DNA of 64,000 nucleotides from Octopus sinensis (taxonomy: Eukaryota), in assembly GCF_006345805.1 (NCBI RefSeq), contig NC_043005.1:27404001-27468000 (forward strand), read 5' to 3'. The position numbers and the translations under genes were made by a program. Positions 37,370 through 49,973 of the stretch are shown here, one piece after another. Under the pieces are notes generated by a model, which did not search any database, had not been told where the DNA came from, and worked only from the letters and a program-made list of their open reading frames with translations. Each line of letters opens with the position of its first letter. The stretch's first letter is position 1.

Positions 37370-39228
37370 TCAAACTGCTGGATCAGTATCAAACTGCTGG
37401 ATCAGGTGATGAAGGTCAGAGAAAGGGTCACAGCCCATCTCATTAGGGAGAGCTGCTTAGATGAGATGCAGTTTGGTTTTGTTCCAGGTAGAAGCACCAC
37501 TGATGCCATATTCCTGATTCAACAACTGCAGGAGAAATACCTAGCTAAAGATAAACCCCTCTACTTAGCTTTCATGGACTTGGGAGAAAGCCTTTGACAG
37601 GGTTCCCCGATCCCTTATCTGGTGGGCGATGCAGAAACTGGAGATTGACAAATGGATAATAAGGGCTGTACAGGCCCTATACAGAGAGGCTGTTAGTAAG
37701 GTTAGGATTGGCAATGAATATAGTGAAGAATTCCAGGTAGAAGTAGGGGTCCACCAAGGTTCAGCCCTCAGTCCCCATTTATTCATCATAGTCCTCCAGG
37801 AAATAACAGAGGAATTCAAGACGGGTTGCCCCTGGGAGCTCCTCTATGCTGATGACCTGGCGCTCATAGCAGAATCACAACCAGAACTAGAAAAGAAATT
37901 TCAGATGTGGAAGCTAGGTTTAGAATCAAAAGGCTTTAGAGTCAATGTAGCAAAGACCAAAGTTATAGTAAGTAGGAAGGCGAACTCATCACACACCCCT
38001 TCAGGTAGGTGGCCCTGCTTGATCTGTAGAAAAGGTGTAGGTAGAAACTCCATAAGATGTACCCAGTGTAAGCTATGGACGCATAGGAGGTGCAGAGCAA
38101 TATCAAAGGAAAATTAACCAAGAAGATAGCTTTCGTGTGCAGCAGATGCACAGAAAACAGATTCCATCACACTCCAGGGAGAGAAACTAGAAGTAGTTGA
38201 TAGTTTCCGCTACCTAGGTGACCAAGTTAGTAGTGGAGATGGATGCTCAGAGAGTGTCACCACTAGAATACAAATAGCCTGGGCAAAGTTTAGAAAGCTT
38301 CTACCCCTACTGGTGACAAAGGGTCTCTCACTCAGAGTGAAAGGTAGATTGTATGATGCATATGTGTGAACTGCCATGCTTTACGGTAGTGAAACATGGG
38401 CTGTGACTGCAAAGGACATGCGTAGGCTTGAAAGAAATGAAGCTAGCATGATCCGCTGGATGTGTAATTTCAGTGTGCACACACGACAGAGTGTAAGCAC
38501 CCTGAAAGAAATGCTGGACATAAGAAGCATCGGATGTGGCATGCAAGAGAGACGTTTGCGCTGGTATAGTCATGTACTACAGATGGATGAGGAGAGATGT
38601 GTGAAGAAGAGCCACTCCTAAACAGTTGAAGGAATCCGGGATAGAGGTAGACCCAGGAAGACATGGGATGAGGTGGTCAAGCATGACCTTCTAACGTTGG
38701 GCCTCACAGAAGCAATGACGAAAGACCTAGATCTCTGGAGATATGCTGTGACTGCAAAGACCCGACAAATAACATGAGCTCATGGCTGTTTCCTGCACCA
38801 GCTTCACATAGCAGCCCCAGCCCATCCAAAGTACTTTGGATCACAGGATGGCCTGCTGTGCTTGAGGAGAACTATTTAGTACATCAACATCAAAATAAAA
38901 AATCAAATGGAAATTGTAGTTGTGATACCTTTGCTGGTGGCACGTAAAAAGCACCATCCGAACGTGGCTGATGCCAGCGCCGCCTTGACTAGCTTCCATG
39001 CAGGTACCAACCAATCGTGGCCGTTGCCAGCCTCCCCAGGCACCTGTGCCAGTGGCACGTAAAAAGCACCCACTACACTCCCGGAGTGGTTGGCGTTAGG
39101 AAGGGAATCCAGCTGTAGAAACACCGCCAGATCAGGCTGGAGCCTTGTGCAGCCTCCTGGTTTCCCAGACCCCGGTCAAACCATCCAACCCATGCCAGCA
39201 TGGAAAACGGACGTTAAACGATGATGAC
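37370..39228 (+). mobile_element. 5'-truncated RTE-clade LINE (RT pseudogene to 38777 plus 3' UTR)
   Basis: IKLLDQVMKV, QFGFVPGRSTTDAIF, GVHQGSALSP, YADD, FRYLG, MLYGSETW, RLRWYSHV, GRPRKTW motifs across several frameshifts and stops; terminal TGA 38775-38777; 3' UTR ends acgttaaacgatgatga. Confidence 0.95.
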
Positions 39229-39366
39229 TTTGAAATTTTAAAACATCTTAGTACAGTATTATGATTAGTACATATTATGATTCATCAATCACAGTTTATT
39301 ATTTAAGCTTACATCGATTCTTCCATGGTGTTGTTTTGCATTTATGATAACATAAATACATAAGAG

Positions 39367-39625
39367 TAGAGGAACAACTCAAAGCTGTAACACGAGGAGA
39401 TATTGATAAATTGAGTATAGCTGATCATGTATGGGAAAATGGAGACCAAGTCCCCCTGTGAGATGAAGTTAAAATAATAGACAGAGAACACCACTGGAAA
39501 ATACAAAAATTAAAAGAAGCAGCACATATGCTAGGACACAACAACCTCCTAAGCAGACTGAGTGCAGATATGAGCAGCATATGGGAACTGGTATTAAGGA
39601 AAGAGAGGAAAATATTAGATTTATA
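39367..39625 (+). pseudogene. Penelope-like GIY-YIG endonuclease C-terminal fragment
   Basis: EEQLKAVTRGDIDKLSIADHVWENGDQVPL*DEVKIIDREHHWKIQKLKEAAHMLGHNNLLSR...SIWELVL matches the EH..A...KS.IA.H.W...WD..KI.D.E..W..RKLKEA pattern. Confidence 0.75.
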
Positions 39626-39647
39626 AGCCCTAAAATTCACTCCATAA

Positions 39648-39900
39648 TTGTCCATGGGCATATGGCATAGTGTTTAAGAGCGTGGGGTCCTAACCTCAAG
39701 ATTTCGAGTTCAATTCCAGACAGTGACTTGAATAATAATAATAATGATAATAACAACATGGAAAAATACCTTAAGAATGAGAACCCAGGTTTGAAATTTC
39801 TCCAAGACACCTGAAGAAGGGTGGAGAGTATATTAGCCGAAACGTGTTAACAACAAACAAGATGAGGACAAATATCCGTCAAGTGTTAATAATGTAAATA
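39648..39900 (+). mobile_element. Family F: tRNA-like head + (AAT)n + hammerhead-like tail
   Basis: ggcatatggcatagtgtttaagagcg (A box), gagttcaattcc (B box), (AAT)n, gacacctgaagaagggtggagagtatattagccgaaacgt. Confidence 0.8.
39806..39848 (+). ncRNA. Degenerate minimal type-I hammerhead ribozyme motif
   Basis: GACAC CUGAAGA A GGGUG..UAGCC GAA ACGU GUU; core CUGANGA and GAAAC intact, stem II with one mismatch. Confidence 0.5.
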
Positions 39901-40026
39901 TATACAAATTATGAAAAATAATTAAAAAAATATAAAGTACAGTACTGTTTCTTTCTACTTTGCAGATTTTAACCTATCGTGGGGAGTTTTGATACGTAAC
40001 ACCTGCGATAGTCAAGGGATTAAATG
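39895..40026 (-). mobile_element. Tigger-like MITE partial copy (empty-site paralog of 770-1416)
   Basis: Reverse complement aatcccttgactatcgcaggtgttacgtatcaaaactccccacgataggttaaaatc...aaacagtactgtac...ataatttgtatatattta. Confidence 0.6.
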
Positions 40027-40195
40027 TACTTTCCATCTTTACTGTATTCTTATTAGTAATACCTGAGACTTTAATCCTTAATGCTTGAACACCAATGAGT
40101 TCATATCTATGTCCTTATTTTGAAACTTGGCCTTTGGATTTCTCACCTCCAAAAAACAGCACCTGTGAGAAAACCTTTTACATGCTCAGAATTGT

Positions 40196-40677
40196 CAGAA
40201 TCATCATCATCATCATTTAACGTCCATTATCCATGCTGGCATGGGTTGGACGGTTTAACCAGGGATGGCAAGCTGGAAGGCTGCACCAGACTCCAGTCTG
40301 ATTTGGCATGGTTTCTACAGCTGGCTGCCCTTCCTAACGACAACCACCCCGAGAGTATGATGAATGCTTTTATGTGTCAATGGCACAGATGCCATTTGCG
40401 TGACATTGGTATCTGCCACGACTGTGATTTTGTTCTGCTTGATGGGTCTTCTTCTCAAACACAACATAATGTCAAAGGTCTCAGTCATTGCTTCCGTGAA
40501 GCCCAACACTCAAAAGGAACTCAGCCACTTTGCCTCCCTCAGGTCCAATGCTTGAAAGGAACTTAGTCACTTTGCCTCCCTCAGGCCCAACCCTTGAAAG
40601 GGAACTCAACCACTTTGCGACCCCCTCAGGCCCAATGCTTGAAAGGAACTCAGCCACTTTACTTCCCTCAGGCCCAA
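40196..40677 (-). mobile_element. RTE subfamily 3' copy with a 5' tandem array of an ORF-end segment
   Basis: Family C tail at 40196-40400; LGFTEAMT-coding segment; 40-44 bp units repeated about 4.7 times at 40481-40677. Confidence 0.8.
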
Positions 40678-41855
40678 ATGAAATAAATTATTCCCATTCA
40701 TTATTAACTGTCAGGACACATCATTCTTCAACAATTCCATGCTTCTCAAAATTCACCAACAGACTCCAGACATGCTTTTGTATACTTTCCTTCATATGGA
40801 TGTTTTATATGTACTTTATGTATTGTTACTGTCTGTCTTTATTCTACTTTTTTATTACCATTTTCTATCTTCTCTTTTAGTCATTCTGGATGAGCTGTAG
40901 TGCACCTGATCACCGAATACAATAAATTGTTTATTATTTTTTCTATTATTATTATTATTATTATACGCACCATATTCCCCAGTTCTCACAGTGTTTTTAT
41001 TGTCTTATTTTCATAATTTCTTCACAGACACAAAAAAAAAAATTCAATTATTAATTCTTGTTATTACCTGACTATTATTACGTTTCATTTTGCCATGGTA
41101 TTGGTGTTATTTTCTTTATTATCTTTTCAACCATTCCAATTAACCTTTTTATGATTTTTTTCACCTCTGACTTTCTCATCCACCTTAATCTTCTTATTTC
41201 ATATTTACTTTTCTTTACACACATATTTAGTGTGTGTGTGTATTGATACTGGAGTGTCTTCACAGTATTACAGATTACCAGGCAAAGCAATACACAGGGG
41301 CTTCAACATATACAACCACAGCTTACAAAGGTTAACTATAAGACCCCTAAATCCCCCCCACACACACACACCACTCCACACAACTGTCCAGTATGCCAAT
41401 CTTTAAGATGTATGTATAAAGTACTATGTATATGTCTATGTAATATTTTCTATGTACATATGCATATACACACACAAATATTGAGCACAGCCACATGACT
41501 GAAACACAAACACACACAGACACAGACACACAAACACAGACACACACACACACACACATGCATGCACGGAGGATTTGAAAAATTACAATATATAAGGACG
41601 AGACACATGTTATTTGGTCTCTAATTCATATGTTAATGTTTTGGCGTATCCGCTGATGAGAACTTTGCCTTGCAAATTATTTTATTTGCTAATTAAAGTT
41701 TGAAACCTAAGGTCTGGCTGTAAAACATGGTAAATGTTTTTATTTTTCATTCCCTTCAAAATTGCTCTTAACTGTGGTTTGGACCTTTTGACTGTTCTTT
41801 CTAGTATGTTAGGCAACCTGTTATGGCTCACCTCTTTGTGTACAAATGTACACTA

Positions 41856-41889
<34 letters not shown>

Positions 41890-41892
<3 letters not shown>

Positions 41893-42255
41893 CGTAGGAG
41901 TGGCTGTGTGGTAAGTAGCTTGTGGTAAGTAGTTCAGTCCCACTGTGTGGCACCTTGGGTAAGTGTCTTCTACTATAGCCTCAGGCCGACCAAAGCCTTA
42001 TGAGTCGATTTCGTAGACAGAAACTGAAAGAAGCCTGTCGTATATATGTATATATGTGTGTCTGTGTTTGTCCCCCACCAACATCGCTTGACAACCAATG
42101 CTGGTGTGTTTACAACCCCCATAACTTAGCAGTTCAGCAAAAGAAACCGATAGAATACATACTAGGCTTACAAAGAATAAGTCCTGGGGTTGATTTGCTC
42201 GACTAAAGGTGGTGCCCAGCATGGCCGCAGTCAAACGACTGAAACAAGTAAAAGA

Positions 42256-42256
<1 letters not shown>
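41890..42256 (+). mobile_element. SINE family A, full length (head partly rearranged)
   Basis: aggcgtaggagtggctgtgtggtaagtagcttg ... cagtcaaacgactgaaacaagtaaaagag. Confidence 0.9.
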
Positions 42257-42290
<34 letters not shown>

Positions 42291-42672
42291 AGATTGATAT
42301 ACACATATACTTCTAATTCTGCTAAGCTACAGCTGTAGCAATAACCAAGTTGTTAGAACTCAATATATTTATACTTCACAAAATTAGCAAAGACCCAACA
42401 GTGAGAGGGCATGAATTATGAGATGTTCACCCTTGACTCTTATTATTAAATCAACAAGTCAGTACAGCGCTTGATATTAATTATAATTATTACTCTAGAG
42501 AAGCTGTAAGATGTTACACATTGGCACATACAGCTATCCATCTTTGGTTCTTTGTTTGTTTTCTGGCTGAGGCATCTTTCTACAGATATATTCCATAAAA
42601 CCAACCAGTCTTTTAATACTTCACTGATTTCTTTATATTTAACTATGCAGAGTCCAGATATTTACTTTACAC

Positions 42673-42900
42673 ATCATCATCATTTTAACGTCCTGTTTTC
42701 CAGGCCAGGATGGGTCAGATGAAATTCGTTGAGGCAGATTTTCAATGGCCAGATGCCCCTTCTTGTTGCCAATCCTCAGCAGTTTCCAAGCAAGTTAATA
42801 TTCCCTGTGACCAGGCATGTTTTCCATAGAAGGTGACCCTTCCTATATGACAGTGGCATTTGTCTACAATTACCACTTAAAAGCAGGACAAAGAGACACA
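42673..42900 (-). mobile_element. Divergent RTE-type 3' tail family
   Basis: (CAT)n ttttaacgtcctgttttcca...ggccagatgccccttcttgttgcc; sister copy at about 62058-62280. Confidence 0.6.
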
Positions 42901-43137
42901 TGCACATTCATATTTATATGTGTGAGTGTGTGTGATGAGCTTCTTTCAGTTTCCTTCTTCCAAATCCACTCACAAGACTTTGGTTGGCCTGCGGTTATAA
43001 CAGAAGATGCCACATAGCAGGACTGAACCTACAACCATATGTTTGGGAAGCAGACTTCTTTAACTACACAGCCATGCCTTCACATTGTAGTGTAATATCT
43101 CTACAATGTCTTTGTCACTATTGTTGTTGTTATTATT

Positions 43138-43518
43138 GTGGAGGTGCAATGGCCCAGTGGTTAGGGCAGCAGACTTGTGGTCATAGAATCACAGTTTCGT
43201 TTCCCAGACCAGGCGTTGTGAGTGTTTATTGAGTGAAAGCACCTAAAGCTCAAAAGGTTCCGGCAGGGGGTGGTAACGAACCCTGCTGTATTCTTTCACC
43301 ACAACTTTCTCTTACTCTTTCTTCCTGCTTCTGTTGTACCTGTATTTCAAAGGGCCAGCCTTGTCACACTCTGTGTCACACTGAATCTCTCCGTGAACTA
43401 CGTTAAGGGTACACGTGTCTGCAGAGTGCTCAGCCACTTGCACGTTAATTTCACGAGCAAGCTGTTCTGTTGATCAGATTAACTGGAACCCTCATCGTCG
43501 TAACCGACAGAGTACCAC
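43138..43518 (+). mobile_element. tRNA-derived SINE family E
   Basis: gtggaggtgcaatggcccagtggttagggcagcagac (A box), cagtttcgtttccc (B-box like), flanked by (TAT)n; a single copy in this window. Confidence 0.6.
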
Positions 43519-44069
43519 AATATTATTATTATTATTACTATTATAATTCCACTCAATATATCCTGTTTTAATTCTCTAAATAAAACTGAGTGACTCTATT
43601 CTTTTATCTCTAACAATCCTGTTTGGTTTGAAAATAGTTTTATTGACGCTTTAATATCAATCAGTACCTTCTCTTTTACCCAGATCTTTGATGCTTTTTA
43701 ATGCTATATATTTTATGTTGTTACTAAATTTAAGAAACCTTTCATCTACCTTCCTTTTTAGCACTTTTAGCATTTAAATACAGAAATTTACTACCCTTAT
43801 TCAATTCCACAACACTTCCTCCCACCCCTCACCTCACCTCAGATTCTGTTTATTTCTTCTGGTTTATTAATTACTCTTTAGTTTCTTACCTTTTTCATTT
43901 GTTATTCATTTTTAATCTCACAGTTTATTTATTATCTACGGTTTCTTACTCCCATAGTTATATATCTGGTTCATTATTTAAAAAACTTTCAGTATTTATC
44001 CCACTCCTTTCTGAATGGATTATTTATGCCTTGCAATCTTCTTCTCTTATTATTATTACTATTCAAGTG

Positions 44070-45440
44070 AAGGCTGCGAGCTGGCAGAATCGTTAATATT
44101 GCCAGGCAAAATGCTTAGTAGTATTTCATCTGTCTTCATGTTCTGAGTTCAAATTCCGCCAAGGTTGACTTTGCTTTCCATACTTTCAGGGTCGATAAAT
44201 TAAGTACCAGCGAAACACTGGGATCAATGTAGTTGACTAGTCCCCTCCCCATAATGGTTGTCCTTGTGACAAAATTTGAAGCTATTATTATTTTTCAAAT
44301 GTGCCTCTAGATCAATGGTGGATGAAATGGAGAGGGTACTTGCCCTAGAGGTCATGACAATTGTGGTTTTGTGAGGTTTCCATGAGCAGTGCTTGAAAGT
44401 CTCCCTCTGAAACCATTATTATTGACCTTCATGGAATTTGAACTCAGCACATAGAGCTGGTATTCCTTCCAGCTTTTAACATTCTGAGTCCTTTTCTTCA
44501 TGGTCAATAAAACCAAGAAGCAGTCAAGTACCAGGGACAATATAATCACTAACCGTCACCCATGCTGACCTTGTGTCACGGTTTAGTGCTGTCTCACAAC
44601 AATTTTGCTAAAAGGTGACTGTAGCACAAATGGCCCAAGTGAATGGACCCACTCTAAGCATGCACCTCTAGATTGAGGGTAAATGAAATGTACAGGGCAT
44701 TTACCCCAGAGGTCAGGGCGATTGTACTTTTTGTGGGGTTTCCATAAGCAGCCCTTGGAAGTCTCCATTTTTGGGGATTTGTTATAATTTTGTAGGTGAT
44801 GGTGATTGTGCTTTTTTCTGGGGTTTCCACAAGCAGCCCTTGGAAGTCTCCCTTTTTGGGGGGATTTGTTATAATTTTGTTATTATTCTGTTTTTACATG
44901 CTTCAGTCCCACTCTATTTGTATTGTGTTGTCCTGTGCCATCCCCAATCTTTTATATGAACCTTCAGGGGTGAATTATTATTATTGAGGCAGTTAGCTGG
45001 CAGAATCATTAGCATGCCAGGCAAAATATTTAACAGCATTTCATTGTTTTGGGGTCAATAAAATAAGGACCAGTTGAGCACTGGGGTCAGTGTAATTGAT
45101 TTACCCCCTCTCCCAAAATTGCTGGCCTTGTGCTAAAATTTGAAATCATCATTATTGCATTCTCTGCCTTTTGTCCTTTTGGGGTTGATAAAATAAAGTA
45201 CCAGCCAAGCACTGGGAGTTAATTTGACTCGCCCCTTCCCTCAAATCTGCTAGCCTTGGGCCTAAGTCAGAAACAATTATCAATTTGGCTTTTCACATTC
45301 TGAGTTCAAATCCTGTTGTCCCAGCTTCACCTAACACCCCTCTGTGGTTCATGAAACAACTTACCAGTCAAAAACTGAGGTCGGTGTAAATTGACATGCC
45401 CTGCCCCTCAAAACTGCAGGCCTTATGTTAGAATTAGAAA
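44070..45440 (+). mobile_element. Dense cluster of SINE family B copies and fragments
   Basis: Clear copies at 44070-44283 and 44986-45145, fragments near 44410-44570, 45165-45270 and 45290-45440. Confidence 0.75.
44590..44880 (+). repeat. Possible LINE 3' tail with an 83-bp tandem duplication
   Basis: ggggtttcca(t/c)aagcagcccttggaagtctcc...ggatttgttataattttgt occurs twice about 83 bp apart; a related motif at 44350-44410; L1/Tx1 assignment is only a guess. Confidence 0.4.
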
Positions 45441-46073
45441 AAAATCACCACCATCATCTGCATCGTCATCATTATCACCATCATTATAATCTGCATCAGT
45501 ATTTAAGTATTTTTATTTTTCTCCAATTACTTTAACTTCATTCATCTTTTCCTTCTTATCTACATAAATTTTACTATTGATTTTTCTCACCCACCCATAT
45601 ACAAATGTGTGTGTGTGTGTGTGTATTTCCAGTAACCATTTTCTACTTCCTAATACGACGCTGATTTCCTCTCAGGTATATATATTTAATCTCTCTGCTA
45701 ATTAGCATTCTACTTTATTAATGAACCTTTACCATTTATTTTTGCTTCATATAATAAAGCGAGTTCCATAGTGGTTATGTAAGCCACATCATTTTGGGGA
45801 GAATCATTCGGTGCATCACCTTGTCATTCCCGTTTAACTTCCACACAATCCTAAATGTAGTCATTTTACCTTTAGATATAATATCTCACCTAACGAGGCC
45901 TTACATCATAACATTTAATCATTTTTTTTTAATATATATATATTTTACTTCATTTTAAATTAAGTAAATTCTGGAGATGTACTTGCATAGCAAGTGACCT
46001 GATCTGAGATTGTGTGCTGAAACGAAAACAACTGCAGCATGGAAGGTGCTTATAAGCCATTTAAAACACACAG

Positions 46074-46244
46074 AACTGTTAGATTCACTTCAACATTTAA
46101 ATTTAATTTACCAAAATATTTTTGTCACTTTGAGACCACGACCTGTTCACAGCATAAAATTTTATCAGTGAACAGGTCGCGGTTTCAAAACAACGAAAAT
46201 ATTTTGGCAAATTAAATTTAAATGTTGAAGTGAATGTAACAGTT
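46074..46244. repeat. Foldback hairpin, about 77-bp arms and 17-nt loop
   Basis: aactgttagattcacttcaacatttaaatttaatt...gacctgttcac | agcataaaattttatca | gtgaacaggtc...aattaaatttaaatgttgaagtgaatgtaacagtt. Confidence 0.9.
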
Positions 46245-47445
46245 TTTAAGTAAATTCTAATGGCCCTAAACCCTCTTGATATCAACCTACCAGAGACTGC
46301 TCCTGGTTTTAAGAGACAAACCTCCTGCTTTAAAACAATCCAAGTTACATCTTCTATCAAAACATGTTAATTTACGTTTCAAATACCAGATTAATAGTAA
46401 CAAAGTTATTCTTTTAAATTCTTCAAAGTTAACTGAAACAAAAGCAGTATATTTCAATAGAAATTTGGAAACAAAAGGATTTAAAAGCCTTGATTAGATA
46501 ACATAACCCACTTCTCTCTTCACAGCCTCCCTATCACTTGGCTTTTACACCTCTGCACCCCTTCTCTCTCTCTCTCTCTTTCTCCTATTCTATTTCCTCT
46601 AGCTCACTCTTTCTCATCACAACTTCCTCCTCCTCCTTCACATATTTTCCTCCCCTGTTTCAAAAGCTATTTTATTTTAAACCAAAGAACATAGAAAACT
46701 CCTTGACAAAAAAATAACAAGCCCCTAATCTATGCCACCACTACCACACACACACATTCTCAACTGTTCCTTTGATTTCATTCCACAGTCAAAATAGTTT
46801 AAAGGATTTGCTGTATACATCATTCTATAATACATTTTCAATAATTTTCCAAGCAATCACAATAGGAAGGCAAACAGAAGTGGACCGGTATTTTTCTCAT
46901 GGATAATTTGTATACAGACCTTTCTAGAGCGTGTTCAGTTTTTGACACAAAGATGACTATATACAACGGAAAACAATTCTCAGGGTACATATGAAAAGAG
47001 TACATAGTTTTTCAAAGAAGTTCTCACCTAAAATAACACCTTCACAACCGCTTATGTGGACTTTACACTAATTCGTGAATCAAACACTTCACAAAATGTT
47101 CAGAGAACCATGAAAGCACAGAATTTAAAAAGACATTATATTTTATGCTTCTCTATGAATGTCTAATAACCTTACTGTATTCAAAATAGCTAAAATGCCC
47201 CTGGTTCGACGCCAGTGTGTATATATATGTGTGTGTGTGTGTGTGTATATCTGTGTTATTATTCTGTAGAAGGATAAAAGGTGGAAACTGCAACATCACT
47301 GTCAATTTCTTATAAATGTTGAATAAACATGTAATCTGCTACAAAGTATTGGGCAGTTATTCAGTTTAATACTAAATTCATTTTATAGGAAGGAAAGAAG
47401 ATCCAGTATCAAAACTACCATTGTATGAAAGACAAGAATATTCTT

Positions 47446-47727
47446 TTCTACTCTAGGCACAAGGCCCAAAATTTTTGGGGAGGAGACCAGTCGATTAGAT
47501 CGACTCCAGTACGCAACTGGTACTTAACTTATCAAACCCAAAAGAATGAAAGGCAAAGTCGCACAAAACACTTCATTTCACATTGCCCCAGTCCTCACTT
47601 TTGATTAGGGGCGATATTGGCCTGCTCACCTAAGCCAGCAGGGTGGTGTCATTCGAAGGCTAAAACAATGCAAATGCTCATTGTGATCAGTGATGTGTAA
47701 CGTCTGATAGCTTGGTTGGTCACGTGA
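47446..47727. mobile_element. SINE B 3' part (minus) fused to a SINE D internal fragment (plus)
   Basis: ttttctactctaggcacaaggcc...aggcaaagtc abuts gcacaaaacacttcatttcacattgccccagtcc. Confidence 0.7.
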
Positions 47728-49428
47728 TGAGTATTTCATAAAGATAAGGCACGTTTTAGTCATTATATTTTTACACATTTTCCTTAATAAACGTGTTTGT
47801 CCCAATCCTAATTACTTGCATTTAAATGTGTACCATCATTATGGTAAATGGTCAGTTGAATGGTCTCTTCTCTTTTTAATACTCTAAATTCTTCCAATTG
47901 AGGAAGGAGCTGGTTTCTAACAAAGACACAAAGCTGCATTGTTGGAGTGTAGATAACAAAAACAACATAGCATTTTAAACTTGAGAAAAGGCTTGCACAT
48001 TTTTACTGTTCCATTTACAAATTGTATTTGTTATGTGCAAGTTTGTTGGTTTCTTTTTCAAAAACTCCAGACTTGTTCAGACCGTGTCAGTTGGGCAATT
48101 GCTCCCGAAACCAAGTGTACCAATCATTATTGATACAAATGTGAATTTATAACCTGGATATTGAAGCTGGAGGTTTCGAAACAGTTGTGTGTGTGTGTGT
48201 GTGTGTTGTGTGTTAGTATGCATGCAAGCATGCGACTGAGCGTTTAGAGATATTTCTCGAATATTTCACCCGGCAAACTTTTAAAGTACAAAAATCACAA
48301 AGCGCGAAATTCGAACCGCGGTTAGATCTATATCATGTATTGAGTACTCCAACGAACATACGCAATTTCCGCCCACCAAATTCCAGCTGGCAACGTATAT
48401 ATGTCGTCAGCCCCGTGGCTACAGCAGAAAGACCCCTTACGCAAAGCAAGCATGGCGTGAGGTATGATTCGAACTCGGAAACACGTGATTGCGAAATGTA
48501 TCTTACTTAACCTTAAAGCCAGCCTTTGTATCTGGGGAAATAGCGGTGATGGGGGTGGGGGTGGGGGGAATGCCGCTCAATTTCATTAAAGTCTGATTTT
48601 TTAATACTTTTCTTGCAGAAATAGGTGGGGGGAAAAGGTAAAGGAAAAATCCTACACACACACACACACACACACACATATATGTGTGTGTGTGTATGCA
48701 CATACACAACATACACAATACATTAATATATACAAAACACGCAGCCCACATACAAACGAACGCGCGCAAAATTAGCAGTAAAAATAAGTTAAGTGTGCGT
48801 AAAAATAGATCGTCGTCATCATTATCAACAACAACAACAACGACAAGCGTAACTACTCCGCCCTCCACGCAACCACCACCATCACTACAACTTACCACAC
48901 AATCCGTATCTATATTAATATTACCACCACCACTACCAACACCACCACCTCCATCCCCCACCGTGTTATTACAATCACAACCATCATAAACGCCATCAGC
49001 AGCAGCGTGCAATAATCATCATAACAAACCACAGCCAACCGTTACGAGAGAGGGAGAGAGAGAGGGGGAAAAAGCACAGTGCGGGAGTGACGGGAAGAGT
49101 AGGTATTACAATGAACATGTTAGAAGTAGCAGTTAGCACCGAATGACCCTGACCAAAGTAAACTTATGTGCACTGGACAACCTCGCTGGCTTGATCAATA
49201 AAGCTATGTGTCTGTGTGTCTGTCTGAATGTGTCTGTGGAAGTTCGTCTAAGCTCAGCTCACTCTCTTTCTCTCTCTCTCTGCATCTATCTCTCTATCCG
49301 TCTCTATCGCTATCCTCCCCTTTCTCGCTGTACGGCAAAAGCAGGGAGAAAGAGAAAGGGAGAGAGAGAGAGAGAAAAGAGGTTAAAACTGAGGAATACA
49401 GGAGAGTGAAATGATGAAAGAGACGAAG

Positions 49429-49459
<31 letters not shown>

Positions 49460-49517
49460 CGACCAATAGGGGAAAAAGAAAAGGAAAAGAAAATTACATC
49501 TATTTCACACACGTGTG

Positions 49518-49552
<35 letters not shown>

Positions 49553-49555
<3 letters not shown>

Positions 49556-49973
49556 AAATACCCATATAATAATCGACATAATATATACATCCATATATAT
49601 ATACATATATATATATATAATATATACATCTATATGTATACATACACATATACATCAATAATATATGTGTGTGTATATATTATATATATATCTCCAAATA
49701 CCCATATAATAATCGACATAAATATATACACCCATATATATATATAAATATACATCTATATGTATACACACACATATACATCAATAATATATATGTGTGT
49801 GAATATATTATATATATATCTCCAAATACCCATATAATAATCGACAAATATATACACCCACACACACACACACACACAACACATATATATATATATACAC
49901 ATATACATATATATAATGTACATCTATATGTATACACACATATACATCAATAATATATATATGTGTGTGTGTG

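Noticed and set aside
48503-49012. 169-aa minus-strand ORF and apparent gtaag donor at about 48507
   Set aside because: The ORF is made of GGT/GTT/GT repeats, and the donor-like motif lies in an old SINE A head
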